Positions 17,572-25,795 of a stretch of DNA of 32,787 nucleotides are shown in pieces (position 1 is the first letter of the stretch; every line of letters begins with the position of its first letter). The notes under the pieces were generated by a model that worked only from the letters and a program-made list of their open reading frames with translations, made no database searches and was not told the origin of the DNA. Both the position numbers and the translations under genes were made by a program. The stretch lies in assembly GCA_017649845.1 (NCBI GenBank), contig JAGCFY010000011.1:1-32787 (forward strand). Direction: 5' to 3'. Source of the DNA: Paludibacteraceae bacterium. GTDB taxonomy: Bacteria; Bacteroidota; Bacteroidia; Bacteroidales; Paludibacteraceae.

Positions 17572-19439
17572 ATAATGAGTTTACATATGATGTAATCATA
17601 GTGGGAGCCGGACACGCAGGATGCGAAGCGGCCAGTGCCGCGGCGCGCATGGGCAGCAAGACACTACTCATCACGATGGACATGAACAAGATTGCGCAAA
17701 TGAGTTGCAATCCTGCTGTTGGAGGCATTGCCAAAGGGCAGATTGTGCGGGAAATAGATGCACTCGGCGGACAAATGGGTATCGTTACAGACCGAAGTGC
17801 CATTCAGTTCCGCATGCTGAACCAAAGCAAAGGACCTGCTATGTGGAGTCCGCGCAGTCAGAGCGACAGAAAACGGTTTATCGAGGAATGGATCAAAGTG
17901 CTATCACATACTGAAAACCTCTATCTATGGCAAGATATCGTAACATCTCTTATTATCAAAGATAATAAGGTATGTGGCGTAAAGACCATGTTAGGCATTG
18001 AGATGAAAGCACAAGCCGTGGTTCTTACCAACGGCACATTTCTGAACGGACTGATGCATTGTGGTAAGACTCAAGTGAAAGGCGGCAGAATCTCAGAACC
18101 CGCCTCCTATGGCATTACTGAACAACTGGTAGAACTGGGATTCAAGAGTGACCGAATGAAAACCGGCACACCGGCCAGAATAGATGCCCGCTCAATCCAT
18201 TTTGACCAGATGACTCGGCAAGACGGAGATAATGACTGGCATCAATTCAGTTACTTGAATACCGTGCATCGCGAACTCAAACAGATGCCATGCTGGATTA
18301 CTTATACGAATCCTCAGACGCATGAAGCGCTGCGCGCAGGATTAGCAGATTCTCCCCTTTTCAACGGACAAATCCAAAGTATCGGGCCACGCTATTGCCC
18401 GAGTATAGAAACCAAAATCGTTACTTTTGCCGACAAAGAAGCGCACCAGCTATTCCTGGAACCTGAAGGAGTGGATAGTAACGAATATTATGTAAACGGC
18501 TTCTCCAGTTCTCTTCCTTGGCAGGTACAACTGGCGGGTCTCAGAACCGTGAAAGGTCTGGAAGATGTGGTATTATATCGCCCCGGATATGCCATCGAAT
18601 ATGATTTCTTCGATCCCACCCAATTGCATCACACATTAGAGACTAAACAGATTAAAAATCTGTTTTTCGCAGGTCAGATCAATGGTACAACAGGTTATGA
18701 AGAAGCTGCAGGACAAGGTTTGGTAGCAGGAGTTAACGCGCATCTGAACGTGCACGGAGGCAATCCGCTTACGATGAGCCGGGACGAGAGTTATATCGGT
18801 GTGCTAATTGATGATCTGGTAAATAAAGGAGTGGACGAACCTTACCGCATGTTCACCTCTAGAGCCGAATACAGAATCCTTCTGAGACAAGATAATGCCG
18901 ATGAACGACTCACAGCACGCAGTTATGAGATGGGACTGGCAGAGCGCGAACGATACGATTTGCTACGTCAAAAACAAACAAGTTGCGCCGATTTCATCGG
19001 GTATATGCAAACTACAACTGTCCGCAAAGGGACTATTGACGGCTGGTTAGAATCCATCGGGAGTTCTCCGCTGCATGAGGGATGCAAGATAAGCGAACTG
19101 ATTCTTCGTCCGCAAGTAACTATCAAGACACTGGCCGATGTATTGCCGGAATTAAAAGAGAGAATATGCAAACTATCCGATGAAATCGTAGAAAGTTGCG
19201 AGATCCAGATCAAGTACGCGGGATATATCAAACGCGAACAAACGGAAGCCGCCAAGCTGCAGCGTTTGGATCAGATACGCATTCCTGACACATTTAATTA
19301 TGAAGAGGTACAAAGTTTAAGTACCGAGGCGCGTCAGAAGCTAAGCAGAATACGCCCGAAATCCATTGGAGAAGCCCAACGCATACCCGGCGTGAGCCCG
19401 AATGATGTTAGCGTATTGCTCGTTTTAATGGGTAGATAA
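17568..19439 (+). CDS. mnmG: tRNA uridine-5-carboxymethylaminomethyl modification enzyme MnmG (GidA)
   Basis: 623 aa with the FAD-binding N-terminus YDVIIVGAGHAGCEAA. The GidA blocks GPRYCPSIE and FFAGQINGTTGYEEAA are present. Confidence 0.95.
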   Translation: MNNEFTYDVIIVGAGHAGCEAASAAARMGSKTLLITMDMNKIAQMSCNPAVGGIAKGQIVREIDALGGQMGIVTDRSAIQFRMLNQSKGPAMWSPRSQSDRKRFIEEWIKVLSHTENLYLWQDIVTSLIIKDNKVCGVKTMLGIEMKAQAVVLTNGTFLNGLMHCGKTQVKGGRISEPASYGITEQLVELGFKSDRMKTGTPARIDARSIHFDQMTRQDGDNDWHQFSYLNTVHRELKQMPCWITYTNPQTHEALRAGLADSPLFNGQIQSIGPRYCPSIETKIVTFADKEAHQLFLEPEGVDSNEYYVNGFSSSLPWQVQLAGLRTVKGLEDVVLYRPGYAIEYDFFDPTQLHHTLETKQIKNLFFAGQINGTTGYEEAAGQGLVAGVNAHLNVHGGNPLTMSRDESYIGVLIDDLVNKGVDEPYRMFTSRAEYRILLRQDNADERLTARSYEMGLAERERYDLLRQKQTSCADFIGYMQTTTVRKGTIDGWLESIGSSPLHEGCKISELILRPQVTIKTLADVLPELKERICKLSDEIVESCEIQIKYAGYIKREQTEAAKLQRLDQIRIPDTFNYEEVQSLSTEARQKLSRIRPKSIGEAQRIPGVSPNDVSVLLVLMGR

Positions 19440-19513
19440 TTCATTTTAGTTTGCAAAGCAAACTACTTGATTTGTTTCACGTGGAACATAAAGTAATAAA
19501 AAACAAAAATAAT

Positions 19514-20053
19514 ATGACAGCAGAAGAAGTTAAAAATGCTATCCGCAACGTGCCTGATTTTCCAATTGAAGGCATACAGTTTAAAGACATCACGACCGCT
19601 CTGGACAAGCCGGAATGCTTGTGTTGGATGCGGGATGAGATAGTGAGACGCTACAAAGATCTGGGTATTACCCAAGTGGTAGGTATTGAGTCTCGTGGTT
19701 TCATCTTGGCTCCGGCTGTAGCCATGGAGATAGGAGCTGGTTTTGTACCTATTCGCAAACCGGGTAAATTACCAGCAGAGACTGTTGAAGTCAGTTATGC
19801 CAAGGAGTATGGCGTAGATGTTATCCAAATGCATAAAGATGCATTGAATGAGAATGACGTAGTACTTCTGCACGACGACATCTTGGCCACAGGAGGCTCG
19901 ATGGCTGCTGCTATCGAACTAGTTAGAAAATTAGGAGTAAAAAAGATTTACGTCAATTGCATTATTGAGTTGGAGGGATTGAACGGGCGGAAAGTATTGG
20001 AAGGCAAAGCCGATGATGTCGACTGTCTCTTTGGGATAGAGGTGGATGAATAA
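19514..20053 (+). CDS. apt: Adenine phosphoribosyltransferase
   Basis: Start re-picked at codon 22 (MTAEEVKNAIRNVPDFP) of the track ORF, which begins at a TTG. The PRPP-binding motif VLLHDDILATGGS is present. The product is about 179 aa. Confidence 0.9.
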   Translation: MTAEEVKNAIRNVPDFPIEGIQFKDITTALDKPECLCWMRDEIVRRYKDLGITQVVGIESRGFILAPAVAMEIGAGFVPIRKPGKLPAETVEVSYAKEYGVDVIQMHKDALNENDVVLLHDDILATGGSMAAAIELVRKLGVKKIYVNCIIELEGLNGRKVLEGKADDVDCLFGIEVDE

Positions 20054-20073
20054 AGAAAAATATTCTTTGCTGA

Positions 20074-21894
20074 ATGGCGAAAGCGAAAGATGATCATATT
20101 GCCTTGTTGCTCAAACGCATTCCGGAGAGTCCGGGTGTGTACCAGTACTTTGATAAGGACGGGCAGATCATCTATGTAGGTAAGGCAAAGAACCTGCACC
20201 GGCGGGTAAACAGTTATTTCAACAAAGACCATCAATCTTCCAAAACACGCCAGTTAGTTGCCCATATAGCGGATATCCGATATGTTGTGGTAGCGAGCGA
20301 ACAGGATGCTTTCTTACTGGAAAATAACTTGATCAAGCAATACCAGCCACATTACAACATCTTATTAAAAGACGGAAAGAGCTATCCTTCTATCTGTATC
20401 ACCAAAGAAGCCTACCCGAGAATTTTCAAAACCAGAACCATCAATAAGAAAGCAGGCGAGTACTACGGCCCCTACAGTTTTGGGAATACCGTTGATTTGG
20501 TATTGGAACTCATCCATAAGTTATATCCTATCCGCACCTGCAATATGCCAATAACTCCCGATTCCATCGAGAAAAGGAAAGTGCGGGTATGTCTTAAGTA
20601 TCATTTGAAAAATTGCTGCGGTATCTGTGAAGGCAAAGGAAAAGAAACCTATCAGGAATGGATTGAGCAAGCACGCAAACTGATTAAAGGTGATGCTTTG
20701 GATTTAGGAAGGCAGTTGGAAGAAGAAATGTCGATGAAATCGGCAGAAATGAAATACGAAGAGGCCGCTGAGATCAAACACAAGATCGAACTTCTGGAGC
20801 AATTTAAGAGCAAGACTATCATCAGTAATACCGGTGCACGAGATGTAGATGTATTCGGTTTTGACGAACAAAATGACCGCGTCTATATCTCCATGCTGCA
20901 TGTACATAACGGTTCTATCGTGCAAGGTCAGACAATCGAATACCGCCGCAAAATGGAGGAAGAAAAGGAAGAAATGCTGGCAATGGGAATGATGGAATTG
21001 AGAGAAAGACTGGAAAGCGATACAAAAGATGTAATTGTTCCGTTCATTCCGGAGATATTTGATGAAACGCTGCATGTACATATTGCGCTCAGCGGAGATA
21101 GAAAAAAACTGCTTGATTTAGCGATACAGAACGTGCGGCAATATAAATTAGACCGGCTAAAACAAGAAGACAAACTGAATCCCGAACAACGAGGTGTGCG
21201 GATCTTGACAGAGTTGCAAAAGATGCTGGACCTGCCTACTCTGCCTCGTTGGATCGATTGCTTCGATAACTCGAATATACAAGGTACTAATGCCGTAGCC
21301 GGCTGTGTTGTTTATCGAATGGCCAAGCCAAGCAAAAGCGATTACAAACGGTTTGAGATCAAGACGGTCGAAGGCGCAGACGACTATGCTTCCATGCGCG
21401 AAGTGGTAAGAAGGAGATACCAGCATATGATCGACGAAGGATCACAACTGCCTGATTTAATCATTGCCGACGGTGGTATCGGTCAGATGCATGCCATCCG
21501 GGAAGCAGTCGAAGATATGTTAGGGTTACAAATTCCCATTGCGGGATTGAAGAAAAATGACAAACACCGGACACAGACACTTCTATTTGGTTTTCCTCCC
21601 ATGGAGATCAGCATGCCTGTCACGAGCGAAGTGTTCCGACTCCTGACGGGAATACAAGACGAAGTGCACCGATTTGCCATTTCTTATCACAAAAAGAAGC
21701 GCAGCAAAGCCCAGATTCATAGCCAACTCGATGATTTACAGGGAGTTGGCGAATCCACAAAGCAAAAAATCCTGACTCATTTCGGTTCCGTGAAACGCGC
21801 TAGAACAGCAACAGAGGAAGAATGGGTTAAATTACTCGGAAAACGCAGAGGATCAGCGATTTATGCACAAATTCAGGCTAAAATAAGTCTCTGA
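20074..21894 (+). CDS. uvrC: Excinuclease ABC subunit C
   Basis: 606 aa with the GIY-YIG N-terminus (GVYQYFDKDGQIIYVGKAKNLHRRVNSYF) and a C-terminal HhH region. Confidence 0.95.
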   Translation: MAKAKDDHIALLLKRIPESPGVYQYFDKDGQIIYVGKAKNLHRRVNSYFNKDHQSSKTRQLVAHIADIRYVVVASEQDAFLLENNLIKQYQPHYNILLKDGKSYPSICITKEAYPRIFKTRTINKKAGEYYGPYSFGNTVDLVLELIHKLYPIRTCNMPITPDSIEKRKVRVCLKYHLKNCCGICEGKGKETYQEWIEQARKLIKGDALDLGRQLEEEMSMKSAEMKYEEAAEIKHKIELLEQFKSKTIISNTGARDVDVFGFDEQNDRVYISMLHVHNGSIVQGQTIEYRRKMEEEKEEMLAMGMMELRERLESDTKDVIVPFIPEIFDETLHVHIALSGDRKKLLDLAIQNVRQYKLDRLKQEDKLNPEQRGVRILTELQKMLDLPTLPRWIDCFDNSNIQGTNAVAGCVVYRMAKPSKSDYKRFEIKTVEGADDYASMREVVRRRYQHMIDEGSQLPDLIIADGGIGQMHAIREAVEDMLGLQIPIAGLKKNDKHRTQTLLFGFPPMEISMPVTSEVFRLLTGIQDEVHRFAISYHKKKRSKAQIHSQLDDLQGVGESTKQKILTHFGSVKRARTATEEEWVKLLGKRRGSAIYAQIQAKISL

Positions 21895-21916
21895 GAATCG
21901 AATAAAAAGCAAGAAC

Positions 21917-22372
21917 ATGCGTAGTTATATAGTTAAAAAAGACGAGAAATGCAACCTTTTGTTGCTGGATGAGAAAAATACAACAGTCAGTCCGATAGCA
22001 CTATTGAAAGAGTGTGAGCCGCGTCGGGTTTTTGCATTTGACGGCAAAATGGGAGCAGGTAAAACGACGTTCATCAAAAAGTTATGCGAGGAGATGGGTA
22101 CCGCGGATGTGGTAAACAGTCCGACATTTGCTATCGTCAATGTGTATGACGTGGAACAGCCGTATAAAGGAGAAGTCTATCATTTTGACTGCTATCGGTT
22201 AAAAGATATACGGGAAGCTATTGATTTTGGAGCGGAGGAATATCTTTATTCCGGCAAGTACTGTTTTATTGAGTGGCCGGAAATCATCGAACCACTACTG
22301 CCGGAAAATACCGTGTGGGTAAAGATAGAGCCTATGCCAAACGGTGACCGACAACTGACAATTGACGATTGA
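21917..22372 (+). CDS. tsaE: tRNA t6A37 threonylcarbamoyl-transfer complex ATPase TsaE
   Basis: 151 aa with the Walker A motif GKMGAGKTTF, plus SPTFAIVNVY and HFDCYRL. Confidence 0.85.
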   Translation: MRSYIVKKDEKCNLLLLDEKNTTVSPIALLKECEPRRVFAFDGKMGAGKTTFIKKLCEEMGTADVVNSPTFAIVNVYDVEQPYKGEVYHFDCYRLKDIREAIDFGAEEYLYSGKYCFIEWPEIIEPLLPENTVWVKIEPMPNGDRQLTIDD

Positions 22373-22414
22373 CAAGTGGTTATTGAAAATTGACGGATGA
22401 TTTGATATTTCAAA

Positions 22415-23761
22415 ATGCTGGAGAAGATACGGGCATATCCGATGATAGTATTGCTGCTTCCTCTGGTAGCGGCAATATTATTATGCGAACGAACGGGTGT
22501 GTTGTATCCGGAAGAAAAGGCGGTTTATGACAGTTTGCTTGTACATACCTTTGTGCTGACAAGCGAAAACAAGAGTACCGCCAAATGCGAGCGTTTTGAG
22601 GCAAGCACCTACGGAGGAAAAGTGTATGTATATGTTTTGCGGGACAGCGTAAAAAGTACTTTGCAGGACAGCGTAGAAAGTGCGTTGCATGCCGGCGATA
22701 CGATTGTTGCGCAGACAAGAATACGGCGTGTGGATTCCATCGGTGATTTTGATTACCATCGATATTTATTGCGGCAAGGAATTATCGGTTCCGCATTTGT
22801 TTCCCGCTATCAAGTCAAACCGTACAAGGAGTACCGAGAGCCGCTCCAGAAACGGCTGTACGGACGACTGCAGAATGCGGGATTAGAAGGCGACGAACTG
22901 GCGACAGTTGGTGCTCTGACTTTGGGATACAAGGAAGATTTAGATCCTGAATTACGACATCGTTTTCAGTCCTCCGGAGCTGCGCATGTGTTAGCGGTAA
23001 GCGGTTTGCATACAGGCATCATTTATTTTTTGGTGATGAGTCTGCTGACTCTTGGCGGACGAATCAAACCGAGATATGAGAATCAGGCAGGCAGGTGCGT
23101 GATCAGTATTATTATCATCGCAGTAATGTGGTGCTACGCATGGTTAACCGGTTTGACTCCTTCCGTCGTGCGGGCAGTAATCATGGTATCGATTGTAGAA
23201 GCTGGCAGGATGTTTTACCGGCAAGGATTGACGTTGAACTCCATCGCTGCAGCAGCACTACTGATTCTGCTGGTACGTCCTTTGGACCTATGGAGTGTCG
23301 GTTTTCAGTTGAGTTTCACGGCCACAATAGCTATCGTTCTGATAGCCAAATGGTGTGAGAAAAGAATTCCCCGAACGAAGATGCGAGGATTTTCCGGGCG
23401 CTTATATGCGTGGGTTATAGGTACTGTCATTGTGTCGATAGCTGCCCAAATAGGAACCTTGCCGCTAACTATGTATTATTTCGGATACGCGAGCACTTAT
23501 TTTCTACTGACCAATTTGATAGTGCTGCCAATCGCTACATTCTTAGTGCCTTGCGGGTTGGTAAGTATTGCGTTAGGTAGTTCTTGGGCAGGAGTCTGGT
23601 TTACCAAAATCACCTCGTTCTTCGCATGGCTGATGAATCATTCAGTAGGTTGGATTGAGTCTCTTCCCGGCAGTACCATAGCCGCTCATGTGGGTGAAGG
23701 AATGGTTATGACGTACTATGTTTTAGTACTGATACTCTGCCTGGTTATTCATAAAAAATAA
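22415..23761 (+). CDS. comEC: ComEC/Rec2-family membrane channel protein, without a metallo-beta-lactamase domain
   Basis: 448 aa. An N-terminal TM segment plus an OB/DUF4131-like region is followed by the polytopic Competence domain with AHVLAVSGLHTGI. The protein ends directly after the last TM helix. Confidence 0.85.
   Translation: MLEKIRAYPMIVLLLPLVAAILLCERTGVLYPEEKAVYDSLLVHTFVLTSENKSTAKCERFEASTYGGKVYVYVLRDSVKSTLQDSVESALHAGDTIVAQTRIRRVDSIGDFDYHRYLLRQGIIGSAFVSRYQVKPYKEYREPLQKRLYGRLQNAGLEGDELATVGALTLGYKEDLDPELRHRFQSSGAAHVLAVSGLHTGIIYFLVMSLLTLGGRIKPRYENQAGRCVISIIIIAVMWCYAWLTGLTPSVVRAVIMVSIVEAGRMFYRQGLTLNSIAAAALLILLVRPLDLWSVGFQLSFTATIAIVLIAKWCEKRIPRTKMRGFSGRLYAWVIGTVIVSIAAQIGTLPLTMYYFGYASTYFLLTNLIVLPIATFLVPCGLVSIALGSSWAGVWFTKITSFFAWLMNHSVGWIESLPGSTIAAHVGEGMVMTYYVLVLILCLVIHKK
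22642..22689 (+). repeat. In-frame 24-bp tandem duplication inside comEC
   Basis: GGACAGCGTAAAAAGTACTTTGCA is followed by GGACAGCGTAGAAAGTGCGTTGCA (21 of 24 identical). These encode DSVKSTLQ and DSVESALH. Confidence 0.8.
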
Positions 23762-23781
23762 TATTTTTAAAAGGTCAAATT

Positions 23782-23804
23782 TCCGCTGTTATGCGGATTT
23801 TTTT
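23782..23804 (+). terminator. Candidate rho-independent terminator after comEC
   Basis: Short 5-bp stem TCCGC/GCGGA with a 6-nt loop, followed by a T7 run. Confidence 0.45.
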
Positions 23805-24098
23805 GTGTAAAAATGGCAATTGAAATGGCAAAAAAGGTCTTTTTTGCCTAAATTTCATGTATCTGTAAATAATTGAATACAAATAAGTTACACGTGTATT
23901 TCACGAACAAAGTCTAGGATTACCCTTAAACGCCCTTTATGCTGTTTCATTTTTTACCCGTTTCGCTGTCTTTTTGCAGGTTCATTTTGGTACTGCTTCA
24001 GCCAAAATAGCCAAGTCTGTAGATGACATTAAAATTTAAAAAATACAAAGGCGGTGAACTTATCGAAGTCGGTAAAATCAGTAAAAAAGGGCATAATA

Positions 24099-24130
24099 CT
24101 TGCATATATCACAAAAAAGCAGTACCTTTG
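24099..24130 (+). promoter_or_regulatory. Bacteroides-type promoter for the lolD cluster
   Basis: CTTGCATAT, then an A-run, GCAG and TACCTTTG, with 23-nt spacing. It lies about 100 nt upstream of the ATG at 24232. Confidence 0.55.
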
Positions 24131-24144
24131 CAGCGGCAAAGGTA

Positions 24145-24211
24145 TCAAGATACCCGGGTAAAGAAATCAAAAGGACAGTTCAAGATACCCAAGTAAGAAA
24201 TCGAAAGGACA
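24145..24211 (+). repeat. Tandem imperfect ~33-nt direct repeat in the lolD leader
   Basis: TCAAGATACCCGGGTAAAGAAATCAAAAGGACA is followed by TCAAGATACCCAAGTAAGAAATCGAAAGGACA, separated by about 2 nt. Confidence 0.75.
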
Positions 24212-24231
24212 CAAATATACAGTAGTACGCA

Positions 24232-24891
24232 ATGATAGAAGTAAAAGACATATGGAAGTCGTTCGGCGAGTTGGAAGTGCTGAAAGGAGTGAACCTGAAA
24301 GTAGAGAAAGGTGAGATTGTTGCCATCGTGGGCAAGTCCGGCGCCGGCAAGACTACCCTGCTCCAGATCATCGGAACATTAGACCGTCCGACAAAAGGAC
24401 AAGTGCTGATTGAAGGAACGGATGTGTCCGGTATGAAAGACAAGGAGTTGGCAGCGTTCCGGAACAAACATATCGGGTTTATCTTCCAGTTCCATCAGTT
24501 ACTGCCTGAGTTCACGGCGATAGAGAATGTGTGCATTCCTGCCATGATTGCCCGTGAGAAAGAATCGGAATACCAAGTTCGTGCAGAGAAACTGCTGCGT
24601 GAGTTGGGTTTGGCAGAACGAATGAACCACAAGCCGAATGAGTTGTCCGGCGGCGAGAAACAGCGTGTAGCCGCAGCTCGGGCACTGATGATGAGTCCGG
24701 ATATTATTTTGGCTGACGAACCAACCGGAAGTTTGGATGAGAAAAACAAGAAAGAGCTAAGCGACCTGCTGCTGAAACTCAGAAAAGAATACGGACAGAC
24801 CATCCTGCTTGTGACGCATGACAAAGAGTTAGCGGGCATAGCGGACAGAGTGATAGAGATAAAAGACGGCGTGATTGAAAAGACAAACTAA
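24232..24891 (+). CDS. lolD: ABC transporter ATP-binding protein, LolD type
   Basis: 219 aa with Walker A (GKSGAGKTT), the LolD-like motif [11 protein letters not shown], the ABC signature LSGGEKQR and Walker B (ILADEPTG). Confidence 0.8.
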   Translation: MIEVKDIWKSFGELEVLKGVNLKVEKGEIVAIVGKSGAGKTTLLQIIGTLDRPTKGQVLIEGTDVSGMKDKELAAFRNKHIGFIFQFHQLLPEFTAIENVCIPAMIAREKESEYQVRAEKLLRELGLAERMNHKPNELSGGEKQRVAAARALMMSPDIILADEPTGSLDEKNKKELSDLLLKLRKEYGQTILLVTHDKELAGIADRVIEIKDGVIEKTN

Positions 24892-24898
24892 TATCATT

Positions 24899-25795
24899 AT
24901 GAAAAAGATTATTTACGGACTGGTTTTAGCCGTGGTTCCGTTAATTAATGCAGCGGCAGACGAGGTAAAGGCCTATTTGACCGGAGATACATTGTTCTAC
25001 AATCAGGACTACCAAATCATGCCCGCTAAGAAAATTAAGAAAGCGGTTTATTACGGTGTGGTTAAAAGTATCAATGATGATAATATCGCTACGATTGCTG
25101 TTTACGACAAAAAAGACCAGACATTGCATGCTCTTCTAAAGCGAATTGCCTCGGGGAATGAATTCGGGGCAAAAAAAGGCGAACAATGCTATTATTACCC
25201 GAATGGAACGATCAAAGAAACAGATGTTTACGCTTTGTTCTATGATGATAAAAACAGCAAAGCAACCAGCTATCCTGTATCTGAAAAACTGATGTATCCG
25301 GACGGAAAGATACAGGAAGAAGTGCTGCTTTCATATGCGGAAAAGAAGCAGGAATCTTATAAACGGACAGGGTATTTTCCCGATGGTTCGGTGCAGTTTC
25401 TTGAAATAAGAGGGGAAAAGGATACGTATTCGCTCACCTTTTACGATGAAGCAGGAAATATTACCGAAGAAACGCCTAAGAATTTCACTCCCTACATGAC
25501 TATGCCGGAATATCCGGGCGGACAAGGGGAACTTCTGTATTTCCTTTCCAGATCGGTGCAATATCCAGAAGAATGTCAAAAAAAAGGCATACAGGGCCGA
25601 GTCATTTGTCAATTTACTGTAGCCAAGAACGGAAAGATAGAGGACGTCAGAGTTGTTCGAAGCGGCGGCCATCCACTTCTGGACAGAGAAGCTATACGCG
25701 TGCTTCGCTCTATGCCTAAATGGAAACCCGGTACAAAACGGGGTAAGCCTATTCGTGTAAAATATACCGTTCCTGTTAATTTTGCATTGGAATAA
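24899..25795 (+). CDS. Signal-peptide protein with MORN/YwqK-like repeats and a C-terminal TonB_C domain
   Basis: Start re-picked at MKKIIYGLVLAV, codon 9 of the track ORF. Repeats YYPNGTIKE, MYPDGKIQEE and YFPDGSVQFLE are present. The C-terminus (PEYPGGQGELLYFLSRSVQYPEECQKKGIQGRVICQFTVAKNGKI...RVKYTVPVNF) is typical of TonB_C. Confidence 0.75.
   Translation: MKKIIYGLVLAVVPLINAAADEVKAYLTGDTLFYNQDYQIMPAKKIKKAVYYGVVKSINDDNIATIAVYDKKDQTLHALLKRIASGNEFGAKKGEQCYYYPNGTIKETDVYALFYDDKNSKATSYPVSEKLMYPDGKIQEEVLLSYAEKKQESYKRTGYFPDGSVQFLEIRGEKDTYSLTFYDEAGNITEETPKNFTPYMTMPEYPGGQGELLYFLSRSVQYPEECQKKGIQGRVICQFTVAKNGKIEDVRVVRSGGHPLLDREAIRVLRSMPKWKPGTKRGKPIRVKYTVPVNFALE

Noticed and set aside
19440-19513. A possible replication origin near mnmG (gidA), by analogy with gidA-oriC linkage in other bacteria. 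An 8-bp hairpin (TAGTTTGC-AAA-GCAAACTA) lies in this spacer.
   Set aside because: There is no cluster of DnaA-box-like 9-mers (TTATNCACA) and no AT-rich unwinding element. The spacer is only about 74 bp. The hairpin is more simply a weak mnmG terminator or attenuator.
19495-19565. An apparent frameshift in apt. My manual homopolymer counts near 19500 and 19560 did not match the ORF-track translation.
   Set aside because: The two discrepancies cancel each other (one base short, one base extra) at the two ends of a single printed line. The computed ORF is continuous with a full-length Apt. I attribute the mismatch to my own miscounting of A and T runs and not to a real frameshift or pseudogene.
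22410-22718. A 102-aa minus-strand ORF with an internal repeat (FLRCPAKYFLRCPAKH) that could look like a repeat protein.
   Set aside because: The repeat is simply the antisense reading of the 24-bp tandem duplication inside comEC. The ORF overlaps the comEC 5' region and has no independent support.
23762-24231. Known housekeeping RNAs (SRP/4.5S, 6S, RNase P, tmRNA) or a riboswitch in the long comEC-lolD gap.
   Set aside because: I could not find the conserved SRP domain IV motif, a tmRNA tag or tRNA-like end, or riboswitch core sequences by eye. Only an Infernal/Rfam scan can settle this, so the region remains a finding as unexplained sequence.
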